Source: Octopus sinensis
Lineage: Eukaryota
Length of the DNA stretch: 64,000 nucleotides
Direction: 5' to 3'
Assembly (NCBI RefSeq): GCF_006345805.1
Contig: NC_043012.1
Coordinates: 8,866,001 to 8,930,000, forward strand
The notes under the pieces were generated by a model that saw only the letters and a program-made list of their open reading frames with translations, searched no databases and was not told the DNA's origin. A program made the position numbers and the translations under genes. Positions within the stretch are counted from its first letter, which is position 1. Every line of letters begins with the position of its first letter. Below, one piece after another: positions 1 to 11,410 of this stretch.

Positions 1-210
1 ATACAGGTACAACAGAAACAGGAAGTAAGAGTGAGAGAAAGTTGTGGTGAAAGAGTAAAGCAGGGATCACCACCATCCCCTGCCGGAGCCTCGTGGAGCT
101 TTTAGGTGTTTTCGCTCAATAAACACTCACAACGCCCGGTCTGGGAATCGAAACCGCGATCCTATGACCGCGAGTCCGCTGCCCTAACCACTGGGCCATT
201 GCGCCTCCAC
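1..210 (-). mobile_element. tRNA-derived SINE family A, 5' half (3' part runs off the window)
   Basis: Reverse complement begins GTGGAGGCGCAATGGCCCAGTGGTTAGGG with a GTTTCGATTCC B-box; near-identical to the copies at 12893 and 20190. Confidence 0.85.
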
Positions 211-1229
211 GCTGGACAATATCCAGAATCAAGGTAGACACCTAAAAATTTGTTACAGTATCACCAACCACAAAGTTCAGGCTTTGATATCCACAAGGCA
301 TATGAAATTCCTGTGGATTTCCAATTATGACCTGTGTCTGTACTCTTTATCCTTTCCATTCACAATTCTTTGTGTTTACCATAATTTCTTCTTTGACTTC
401 ATCATTCATAATCAAAGACGCATTTCCTTTTCCTTCACTTCACAACTTCATGTTCTGCTTCTGAAGTTACTGCTTTAAACCATGTGCAGTCAACCAGTTT
501 ATGAGTAGAGAGGACTTTGAAAAGTAACATCTAATATTTTCTCTTTCACTTTGCGCATTCCTCCTGAAAAGCGAATGAATTTCCTTGACTGACTCAGAAA
601 CTACCCACCTTAACCTCCTGCTGCCACTCCCATGCTCACCTGCAGTGTTTTAAAATAAGCTTGACTTCACTCAAGGGATTTTCCATATTTTGTATTTCAT
701 TTTATTCATTATTTCCACATTTTTCTCTTTGTATTTAGAAGATCCCAGATACTTGATGTGGTGCCCTGTGCTCCTGCCTTGATTGCAGGGACCTTTAGCT
801 AACCTTGGCAATGACCTCCTTGCAAATGTAATGTTAAGCATCAACCTATAACAACAAAAACAATCTCATACTTCACCTTCTCTAGTGTTGGACAACTCAC
901 TGAAAACCTTCAAATTCACTCCACTTTCATCTATAACAACAGAAACTGCATCTCAAGACTAGCCTTCTTCTCTAATGACAGAAATCACTTCAGTTCCATA
1001 ACATTTCTATAAAACGCAAGCAAGAATACTATTGCCCACATTGGTGACAGTGCTTACAGATATCCTTAAATACATTTCAGACCAATACATTGTAACTTCT
1101 GTGCCTCAGATGTGCTGTCTCCTCATTCTGGATTTTCTACAACTACAATAATGGCTCCTCCACTGCCTTCTCTTCCACTATTACTCCAATGATGTAAACT
1201 ACCCCAACCTAAACCATCTTCTGACACAT

Positions 1230-1350
1230 CTGTCTCCCCCTGTCCCAGCTCCTACATCATAAAATCCTTCTTTCCCAGAATATCTTACATCTGGAACTGC
1301 CTTTCTATTTACATTCTTTTCTTGTAGTTGTTCAAACTAAACCTCATCAA
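1230..1350 (+). mobile_element. possible very old CR1/Jockey-like LINE 3' remnant
   Basis: Translates SSYIIKSFFPRISYIWNC, resembling the SFFPRT..LWN C-terminal motif; heavily decayed. Confidence 0.25.
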
Positions 1351-1521
1351 TCTCACCAATTTGGAAGAAGGGGACAGCAACTGCCTCCTGATGAGCAATT
1401 AACTTTTTTGATACCAACTGTCCTGCCCCTGCCCCTGCTTTTATAAAAAAAAGTTATTTTTTTAAAGTTATATAAATTTAAACCATCCATCAATATTCCA
1501 TGTTAATTTATGTTCCAAACA

Positions 1522-1735
1522 AAGGTGGTGAGCTGGCACAACTGTTGCTATACTGGACAAAATACTTAGTGGCATTTCATCTGACTTCAGGCTCTGCGTC
1601 CAAATTCTGCCGAGGTCAACTTTGCCTTTCATTCTTTTGGGGTTGATAAAATAAGTACCAGTCAAGTGTTGGGCCGATGTAATTGACTTACTCCCTCCTC
1701 TGAAATTGCTGACCTTGTGCCAAAATTTGAAGCCA
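1522..1735 (+). mobile_element. tRNA-derived SINE family C (decayed)
   Basis: AAGGTGGTGAGCTGGC head and GGTCAACTTTGCCTTTCATTCTTTTGGGGTTGATAAAATAAGTACC central block shared with other C copies. Confidence 0.75.
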
Positions 1736-1888
1736 ATTTCTGTTTCAAGCACCAGTTTAAGAAGGGCAAAGTTATTTTACTAAAATTTTTCAAAGTTAAT
1801 TGAAGCAGTGTGTTAGAACAAAAATATGGTAATGAAAGGATTAAATATCAGTGTTATTAAATTGTGTGTGTTTATTTTCTTTGTACAG

Positions 1889-2007
1889 GGCCTCCAAATC
1901 CTGATAACCTACCTGAAGACGGAAAATTAAAAACAAAAACCATGGTTAAAGATAACAGACGTTATTATCTTGATTTAAAAGAAAATCAACGTGGCCGATT
2001 TTTAAGG
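1889..2007 (+). CDS. PURA: Pur-alpha/beta family transcriptional activator, internal coding exon (PUR repeat II)
   Basis: tacag acceptor and GTAAGT donor; encodes [40 protein letters not shown], with the PUR-repeat signature [15 protein letters not shown]; phase 1 in, phase 0 out. Confidence 0.93.
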
Positions 2008-2455
2008 GTAAGTGGTTTCTTAGTGTTTGGTTGTGTGCTATATCAAGGAATTTAGTTTAGTTTATGCATTCTTCGAATTCTTGAAGTTGCCAGTTTTATT
2101 AGTTTATTCTTTTATTTCCTTTTTATTCATTGATTTGCCACAATATATTGCATCAGTGTGTACCACTGCTTAAGGTACCATAATCTATATTTAGTTTAAG
2201 TGTTTGGAGGTAGAATCCCAGTTGTAGCTATAAAGCCTAGTTAAAAGTGAATTTGTGTGTGATAACTGTTGTTTGGAAGTTATGCCTAGTCTGTTGCTAT
2301 AAAGCAACTTTATGATCATCTCCCTGTGATTTTTACATTTCAGATGAAAAACAATTCATACATAAGTTGCCTCTGGCTGCATGTTCCTTGGGATTGTAAC
2401 ATTGTGCATGGTGGGTGTGTTTGGGTGTATGTGCATTTTATATTTCCCATCCAAT

Positions 2456-2935
2456 ACTATTGGAACTCATAAATAATGCGGTTCTTTTATACTTCTTTTG
2501 TTTTTCAAAATTAAGATAAACAAAGATCTTTTTTAATCTAAAATATACTCTCCTTCATTTTCGACAATGCTCTTCCATCTATTGGGTAGACTTGCAAGGC
2601 CTTTCTTCCAAAATTCACTTGTCCGTGACGAAAAATACTCCTCTAGTATTGTTCTGACCTCGTCTACAGAAATCATATTTTTTCCATCCAAATGATATTG
2701 AAGATTGCGGAATAAATGATAATCAGATGGGGGCAATGTCCAGCAAATATGGTGGGTGGGGCATCGTTTCCCATTCAAACTGTTCCAGCCTTTAGAATGT
2801 CATCTTTGCTGTATGTAGCTGGGCATTATCATGATGGAAGAATGCCTTTCGTCTTGAAACCAAAGATGGTCGTTTCTCTTCTAGTGCTGACTGAAGCATC
2901 TTGCAGTAGATCTCCTTTCTATGACATTCTAAGTT
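2456..2935 (-). mobile_element. mariner/Tc1 transposase C-terminal remnant with right TIR
   Basis: Minus translation ..FHHDNAQLHTAK..EWETMPHPPY..PSDYHLFRNLQYHLDGK..LPNRWKSIVENEGEYILD* with a stop and a frameshift; TIR-like TATTGGAACTCATAAATAATGCGGTTCTTT at ~2458-2487. Confidence 0.9.
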
Positions 2936-2999
2936 GCAACCATTGTATTTCTCTATTCACAACAGCGTCTATTGAGCCTATACCATTTCTTTGATCCAG

Positions 3000-3120
3000 G
3001 TGTCACAAACAATTCCAAGAGGTGGACCTAGAACACACATTGCTATTCCTGCTCAAGGTATGATAGAATTTAGGGATGCCCTGACAGATTTACTGGATGA
3101 ATTTGGGATTGAAGATCATG
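3000..3120 (+). CDS. PURA: Pur family gene, internal coding exon
   Basis: ttgatccag acceptor and GTAAGT donor; [40 protein letters not shown]; phase 0 in, phase 1 out. Confidence 0.93.
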
Positions 3121-3610
3121 GTAAGTTCCTAGTGTAATAATTTTTCTATTTAGATTTATACTTTTAATTCTGTTTTATTCAGTAGCATAGTTAGAGCCCG
3201 TGCCACCTGGGGCAGCTCCTGAGTTTGGCATTCCCCTTTTCCCTCCCTCAACTCTCAAACCTATACAGCAGACCCAAAAGTACTGACCCCTATAAAGTCC
3301 TCGCCAAGGACAGCTTCCCTGTTACTCCAACTGCACTATTGATTTTAATATTTGACCTGGATCAAGGCTAAGGTTACCCCAACACTAGGGATAAGGTTAA
3401 AATCTGGGAAATATTTTCTTCTGTTGCATCTTTCTTTTTCAGTTTCTTTCACTCTATCTCTCTCAAAACTACACAGAGAGCCAACACTGGATTTGAACTT
3501 GGAACTCTGGTTAGATGTTGTGCATCTTAATGTGACATTCTAATTTCATGCCTGTTTGTCAGTGATCTAGTCAAGCAGAATTGACTAATCATCTATCTCA
3601 TGTCTTTCAG

Positions 3611-3714
3611 ATCGCAGTGAGTTACCAGAAAACAGAACGGCTCGTGTAGAAGGGAAAATATTTTACTTTGATGTTGGTTCTAATGCTCGGGGTGTATTTT
3701 TGCGGCTAACAGAG
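3611..3714 (+). CDS. PURA: Pur family gene, internal coding exon (PUR repeat III start)
   Basis: tctttcag acceptor and GTAGGT donor; DRSELPENRTARVEGKIFYFDVGSNARGVFLRLTE; phase 1 in, phase 0 out. Confidence 0.93.
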
Positions 3715-4112
3715 GTAGGTACTCATTGTAGACATTTTCAGTTTATTGTGTGAAACAGATGCGTTGTGTGTTGTTTGCTACAGTAGAAGTTCAATCTTGA
3801 AATCTGAAATGGCAGAATAGCTTCAATTTCAGTTGACTTGAAATTTGAAACTTCTAGAGAGAATTTGGCCATGGGGAGTGTACCTCAGATGAGTTTGGCA
3901 GAGCAATTACTATTCCATGCACAATATGGTTGCATACTGAAAATTCTGCTCCATTAGAACCTATGTGTGCATATGCACACATACACACTCTAATTCACTC
4001 TTTTTCTTTTCTAAAGTGGGTATCCATGTATGTACTCTCCAGCAAAATGCCTATTTCTGTCCCTCTATACCTTTAATCACTCGCCTGGCACGAAGCCACA
4101 CCCATAATATAT

Positions 4113-4360
4113 ATCATCATTATCATCATTTAACATCCATTGTTCTTGCTGGCATGGATTGGACGGTGTGACTAGAGCTGGTTGGGGCTACACCAGGCTG
4201 CATTCTGCTTTGGCATGGTTTCTATGGCTTTACAGAGGTGCTAGGTGTTTTTATGTAACACTGCATGGGTGCTTTTACATGGCACCACATGGGTACTTTT
4301 ATGTGGCACCACGGTTGGTTTTATGTGGCGCTGCATGGGTGCTTCTATGTGGCACTGTAT
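4113..4360 (-). mobile_element. family D (RTE LINE 3' end), decayed
   Basis: (CAT)n tail followed by ttaacatcc..gctggcatgg..ggacgg and tandem GGGTGCTTTT..GTGGCAC units. Confidence 0.65.
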
Positions 4361-5290
4361 GATATATATATATATATTTATATATATAGTGTTCTTTTGT
4401 TAAATATATAGTTAGTGGTAATGCAGCAAATTGGCAGTTATTAATGCTTTATTAATGCTGGGGGTTTTTTTCAACTCTCTGCCATCTGAGTTCAAATCAA
4501 TTGAAGTCAGTTTTTACCTTTCCTGCTTTTGGGGTTGATAAAATAAAGTATCAGTCTAAGCTGATGGTTTGATGGAACTGTTTGTAAGTTAGATGCCTTG
4601 TGGTTTCTGCTTCACCACTTTGCATTCTTGTGGCAACACCTATGATGATACAGGTGTCAAATTGTATTGGTTTTAGTTATTATATTTTAGGACTAGGTTC
4701 TATGTTTCTTATGAATCAGAATCCCTGTGCAGTTCCTTAAAATAGTAGCTTATTCATTTATGTCAGAAGGTCTCTGTTGAATTAGATTTGCCAGGTGTAT
4801 TGTGCGTATGAATGTATGTAGAACATACTGAAATGAAAATATGTGCAAAACAGCACAAAGACATTACATCAATATGGAATATAGAAATTGTCAATTATGA
4901 AATGGGTTATGTGCAACAAACGAAATGTGTTCATTGAGAAGAAAATGCAGCAAAAGAAACATGTACAGCAATTTAAGGGTTGCATAAATGAAAATTGTTA
5001 ATAATATGTAAACAAGTGAAAATGTGAATGATTGTATGAAAAATAAAATAGTAAAATTTTACAATTGTATCCCGACTGAATTAAGAACAGCTAAGTCCCC
5101 AAAAGGGTTCATTATAACGAAAAATGCAAATGAGATAAAAACATTGCTTGAATATACTATGAATGTTCAAGAAGTAAATTGTGTAATAGAGAAACATGCT
5201 GAATTTGTGTATGTGTGTGTGTGTGTGAGAGAGAATGAGTGAGAGAGAGTGTATGTGTGTGCATGAGAGTGAGAGAGAGAGAGAGAGAAT

Positions 5291-5613
5291 CTCAAAATCT
5301 CTCGTGGAGGCGCCATCCAACCAAAATGCAAATATATGGGAAACAACCACCTGTGTCATCTCTTGTGAAAGGTAGAAGAGTCCAGTTTGCTGGACATTGT
5401 TGTAGAGCTGAAAACGAGGTAATTTCTACTCTTCTTCTCTGGAAGCCATCTACTCGCAATACCAGAGGGCGCACATTCTCCTACCCTGATGTAATTTCCA
5501 GGGATACAGGCATCCAGCAACAGGACCTCCGTAATGCCATGATGGACCGTGAAGTCTGGCGTAGCATGGTAAATTCCATTGTCTCGACCATGGTCGAACA
5601 ATGATGATGATGA
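5291..5613 (+). mobile_element. 5'-truncated RTE-like LINE 3' end with (TGA)n tail
   Basis: Open frame SWRRHPTK..RRVQFAGHCCRAENEVISTLLLWKP..RGRTFSYPDVISRDTG..LRNAMMDREVWRSMV..EQ*, then TGATGATGA; flanked by a long direct duplication. Confidence 0.8.
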
Positions 5614-6076
5614 TGTGTGTGTGTGAGAGAGAATGAGTGAGAGAGTGTGTGTGTGCATGAGATTGAGAGAGAGAGAGAATGTCTTTACCATTTCATAGTT
5701 GAGACATAGGGTCTGCCAGCAACGTAACACTCTTTGGCAAAATGTGTGAGTGAATATGTGAGTTTTTATGTGACAGTATACTTTTCTGCAAGTGAATTTG
5801 AGAGCAAAAATTCAAGTCTGGTTTCATTGCTTAGAACCAATTATGTGATATACAAAACCAAATGTCTTGTTTGAACCACTCTCTTGTGTCAAAATTGGTG
5901 AAATATTTTGCAAGAGATATAGTGTTGAATATATATAAACCGTATACTATTATTAAGAACCTGGTCAGTTAAACATTTTGGTAGTTTGATATTTGACTTA
6001 ATATTTTAACTCTAACATTAACTGATGTTGTTACATGCAGTTTTTTTTCAATCTATATTTATTTCTTTGTCTTCAG

Positions 6077-6190
6077 GCTCGACCTGGTGGATATCGTAGA
6101 TCCATTACCATTCCAGAGCGTGCCTGGTCAAGATTTCGGGACCTAATGGCAGAATTTGCTGACAAAATGAAGTCCAAAGAGGGCCAATAG
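6077..6190 (+). CDS. PURA: Pur family gene, last coding exon
   Basis: tttgtcttcag acceptor; ARPGGYRRSITIPERAWSRFRDLMAEFADKMKSKEGQ*, TAG at 6188-6190. Confidence 0.92.
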   Translation, partial: ARPGGYRRSITIPERAWSRFRDLMAEFADKMKSKEGQ

Positions 6191-7699
6191 TATGTTGCAT
6201 CTGACAGAGGGAATGTGCTTGGTGATGATCTCAGAAATAGCCAAAAATACTGTGGCCTGAACTGGTCCCAGTAGCTGGCTGGGTCGAGCTGTGACCAAAC
6301 CATGCTGCAAGTACTCACCGACGATATGACCAAAAATGCAGACATTGAAAAGAGGAAATGAGCTAAGAACGAGAGCTGGCTGGTTTATCTGTTCAAATGA
6401 TCCTTTTTCCTCATAAGTATTAACATTACAGACTCACAATCACCAAAACCCCACACCTTGATGAAACCATTTCCTTTAAAAGCTCTTCATTGGCATATAG
6501 TTTGCTTGCTCACTTTAAACATCCGACTTCATCACCACTTCAGTGATGGGCGTACTAAATGGCACCCACAGTTGCCATTTTAGTTTTGACTCATTAAGCA
6601 CATTTCCTTTGTCCATAATTTGATGACGATCATTACTGGAAATACAAGATCTATGGGACTCGTTATATTTTGTGGAAAGTTTGTTTGAATATCCAGTTGG
6701 GTAGTATGATATTTGGTTATAAAAAATAGTAAGCATTATGGAGACAAGGTATTTAAGCAAAGTAGGAAGATTTAATGGGATTATGGTGATAAGTAACTAA
6801 ATACAGTTTCCAAGTGACAAATCTTGCAGCACTACTCTTCCGACCACTTCTACTGTTAGGTCAATGTTATTGTATATTGCCTGACCGATAGATTTCCTCA
6901 GTGGTTCTCAGCTGCAATGTTTAGAATATGGCTGCTTAAAACCTTGCACGGTTTGTGTTTCGTGTTAATGACTAAAATTTGTGGTGAGTTGGTCGCACTT
7001 TGTTGAACCAGAAATCCCTCCCTTGCAAACCTGTTATGATTGGATAAGAAAAGATTTTTAACATTGAAAACAAAACAAAAAAAAACACAAAAAAGAAAAG
7101 TTAAAAAGAAAACAAAAACCAAAGCAAAAACGAAAAAATATATATATTATGTTTAAAGCAGAATTATAATAATAATAATAATTATTTCACTTTTCACCAG
7201 ATGCTGAATGTTACTTCACATCACCAAGGTGGATGTTAGGAATATCTTTATGAAACATTCAAAATAACAAAAAAAAAGTTATAAGACATAAGGAAACAAA
7301 AAAAAAAAAATGTTATTCGGCAAGTTTTAAACTGTTCTTTATTATCAATTGTGGGGAGGGGAATGGGCTGGGCTGGGTGGAGAAACAAAACAACAAAAGA
7401 AAAGAACTAATTAAAAAAATTGTGTTGATCAAAGTTATGTCTTACAAACCAGTCCAAAATAATCTGTTAATTTCTTTAAAAAATGATTAAAAAAAATAAA
7501 TATAAAAAAAAACAACATTTGAACAGTAAACTCTAAAATAATTAGCAAACATTCACTTTTAAGGTTTTAATTTCCAACTGTTATTAAAAGAAGGGTTCCG
7601 TTGTGGGGGTCACGTTAGGGAGTAAATAATTAGTGGAAAGGGAGAAGAAGGCCTTATTGGTGTTGTTAACTGGACATCAGAGTTTTAATGTTACATTGC

Positions 7700-7775
7700 C
7701 TCATTATTATTATTATTATTATCATTATTATTATTATTATTATATTATTATTATTACTACTACTATTGTTGTTGT
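7700..7775. repeat. (TAT)n microsatellite
   Basis: Direct reading. Confidence 0.9.
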
Positions 7776-7894
7776 TATCTTGAATTTTCTTTCCTTGACC
7801 AGGGGGAGAAAAGTCACTTGAGGGTGTATATTTCTGTGTGTGTGCATGTGTGTGTGTATTTTTATACACACTTATATTTGCGTATGCATGTATA

Positions 7895-7899
7895 TTTGA

Positions 7900-7951
<52 letters not shown>

Positions 7952-8215
7952 GTATATATGCATAGACATTTGTGTGTACATATGTGTGTGTGAATATAAA
8001 TGTGTGTAACTATATATCTATGAATATATATTTATGAATAATTGTTTGTGTACTAGTATATATGTGTATGTATATGTGTATAAATATATATATATATATA
8101 CACACACACATATATGCATATATATATATATATAATGAGTGTGTATATGTGTGCATATATATATATATGCATACATGCTTTCTTATGTGTTTGTATACAC
8201 TAACGTGTATACACA
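7895..8215. repeat. compound (TA)n/(TG)n microsatellite
   Basis: Direct reading. Confidence 0.9.
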
Positions 8216-8701
8216 CTCATGCCTTCACACATACATTTGGAGTAAACTTACATCTAAACAGCTCCCTGTCAAATATATTCAGTATTTGATAAAAAAAAAA
8301 AAAAAAAAAAACTACAGGGATGTTTTTCAGGAGAAATGAATGAAAAATTTACTTCCTGAAATTCTCATATCTATTTCAGCCCAATTACACGCTGCAACTA
8401 ATCTTCTCCTTTACAAACACCTACCCCACCCTGACTCTGTCCTCTCTCTCCTCTCTGCCTGCCTCCACTCCCACCCCCCACATCATATCCTGTCCTGTAC
8501 ATAACTGGGTGAGGGGGGAGTAAAGTCAATACAAAAGGAAGACAACATCGTTATTAATTATCTAAATTCTATGACTGTTTTTTATTATCATCATCATCAT
8601 CATCATCATCATCATATTCATCATCATCATCATCATCTTGATTATTGGCCTTGTGTCAAATCAAATCATAATTTATTATTGTTGTTGTTATTATTATCAT
8701 T

Positions 8702-8920
8702 AAGGCGGCACCATGGCAGAATTGTTGGAGCAATTTGAAAAAATGCCTTGTGTGTTTATTTCAGCTTTTAAAATTCTGAGTTCTAATCCCGCCAAGGTCA
8801 ACTTTGCCTTTCATCCGTCCATGGTTGATAAAAAAAGTACCAGTTAAGTGCTGGGGTTGATGTAATCAACTGACCCTTTTCCCCATAAAATTGCTGACTT
8901 TGTGCCTAGACCGGAAACCA
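8702..8920 (+). mobile_element. SINE family C (decayed)
   Basis: AAGGCGGC..TGGCAGAA head, TTCTGAGTTCTAATCC B-box region, GGTCAACTTTGCCTTTCATCC block. Confidence 0.7.
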
Positions 8921-9224
8921 TTATTGATATTGGTGGCTTCTGTGTTTAAGCCGGTAAGTTCCTGAGAAATCAACAATCTGATGGGATTTTGATTCCCAGC
9001 TGGAAATGCTTCATATATTTCATTGTTAATGCTCTTTGGGAAAGACATGAACCTCACTAACCCTCCATTTCTCATTGTTATATGTACTGAAGAAATCAGT
9101 GACCACCTCATCATCCTGTTGCAGATGATCGTTCTTTGACAAACCAAGTCCATAATTTGTTTTCAGTTCTCAGGACTGGATGTTTTTTTATAACTTCCCA
9201 TTTCACCTTCCCTATACAAGAAAT

Positions 9225-9329
9225 CTATAGGCACACTTATAGATGAGTTCTAAATCTATAGGTATGCTTATAGAGGAAGAAATCTCTAGGCATGCTTATC
9301 GAAGAAGGAATCTATAGGCATGCTTATAG
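9225..9329 (+). repeat. four tandem copies of near-palindromic CTATAGGCATGCTTATAG
   Basis: Copies start at 9225, 9256, 9284 and 9312. Confidence 0.85.
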
Positions 9330-11091
9330 GAAATATCATTATAGGTTTCTTGAAAAAAAATTGTTGTCTTTCAACTGAGTGACTTTTAATTTTGTACAGA
9401 AGGGCCTAGTTTTTAAGAAAAATAGGGAGTGTGTAAGGAAGGGTCCCGTATATAGTAGGCATCACTTAACAGGGACACTATGAAAACCTTTACTATTTCT
9501 TCAACATACTGTTATGACTCAGTTTCTTAAAATTTGTTTAATCTCTTTTTCTTTTCCATCCTCTTGTTAAACCTACACCGAGCCTGCTTTGCGTGTTCAA
9601 AGAAAGTTTACTGGTTTATTTTGAAGCTCAACTTTTATTTGTTAAACACCCCCAACCTACTGACAAATGTTATAATACAAAAAACAAAAACAACAAAAAA
9701 GCAAAAAAAGAATGAATAAAATAAAATAAAATAACATAAAATGATTGCCAAAAAAAAAAAAGTTACAGTAAACACGAAACAGTTACAAAAATATCACAAC
9801 CCCTCCTACAAAACCGAACGCAAAGAAAGAGAAAAAAAAAATACCTTGTTATGCTATATAATTCTTCTATTTCACATCAACTGTTTTTGTTTAAAGATCC
9901 TCTGTCCTTTGTTGTGTGAATGAAGAAAACAACAGAGTGCCAGCCTTCATCTGCCCATGTTATTGTTGTTCTTTTGTAATTTTTGTTAAAGACAAAATGT
10001 TGATACACACAAACACTGTTGATTGAAAACTTTAGCAGAATGTGATCAGAGTTAAATTGATTAGTTTGCTGAAAAGCCAAGGTAGCTATAGGTCAACCAA
10101 TAGCTGTCTAAGGTGGCCGGGTTAGCAGTGTTACCTATGTTGTCAGGGTAGCGACAACTATCCACACAGTGGCTATCTTCACAACCGTGTAAGCAATAGC
10201 TATGTGTCCAAGCTAACAAGAGATAACTAGTTAACAATACTTAACTATATAGCCATTTTTTTAAACACAAAATTTTGTTTACAGTAGAACAAGAAAAAGA
10301 AGAAAAAAAAAAGAAAAAAAACATGTTTTTTTCTCCTTCCCTGCCTCTTGTATGAAACCACCACCACTGCTAATCTCTGTTATTTTGCTACCACCACAGC
10401 AAATTATATTTTTTTGTTTTTAAAACATTATTATAGTTATTATTGTTATTTATGATTATTATTATTGGTTGTTGTTGTTGTTGTTGTTGTTGTTGTTATA
10501 ATTACGACAAGGTCCCATAAACTGAGCCCTCTACAATTTTGATCTGCTTCATTTAAATCATACTGTTGGAAGATGTATGAATGTCATAACTTTTTAGAAC
10601 TTACCTGCTTATGTAAAAAAAATGATTTCCTCAAGCTTTACCTGGGAGAGACAGAGAGGAAGTGAATGAGAGAGAGAGAGAGAGAGAGAAACCGTATGTG
10701 TATGTATGTATGTGTGGATGTTATTTGTTATTGGATGTTTCCTCCTCTCCGTCTCTGTGTAAATTCAATTATTTCCCTTCTAATGAAACCTCTACAATAT
10801 TGTCCAGATCAAACACAGCTTTATTAACTTGTAATAGTCTGTACGGACTATTACTGTAGCTGTTAACCAACACAGCTTGTACTAACCTTGTACTAAGTTA
10901 ACTACTTATTGACTGTTACACAGTTAATCAGTAATGGCTGACTGACCTCTTCACTCCCCCTCCCCCCTTGGTCACCTGACTGACCATTCCCTCCCCCAGG
11001 TCACATCATTGACTTCACTCTAACCCTGAATCCATGTTCTAACCAGAGAACATCATGAGATGCTATTATTAAAGACTTTTTTTCCTTCAGC

Positions 11092-11133
<42 letters not shown>

Positions 11134-11378
11134 TAATAATGATAATAATAATAATAATGCTAACAACAACAATAAAATAATAATAATGATGATAATAATG
11201 ATGATGATGATGAAAAGAAACTTCTGTTTCTTCTGTTATCAAGTTTTGTGTTTCTTCAAAATAAATATTTCTTTTAAAAATAATTCTGATTCTTTAAGTC
11301 GTCTTGAAGCGCTTTCCACCATCTGGTTACCATGACTTCCACATTAATACACTGTCTCATTTCTGAGATTTACATATG

Positions 11379-11410
<32 letters not shown>

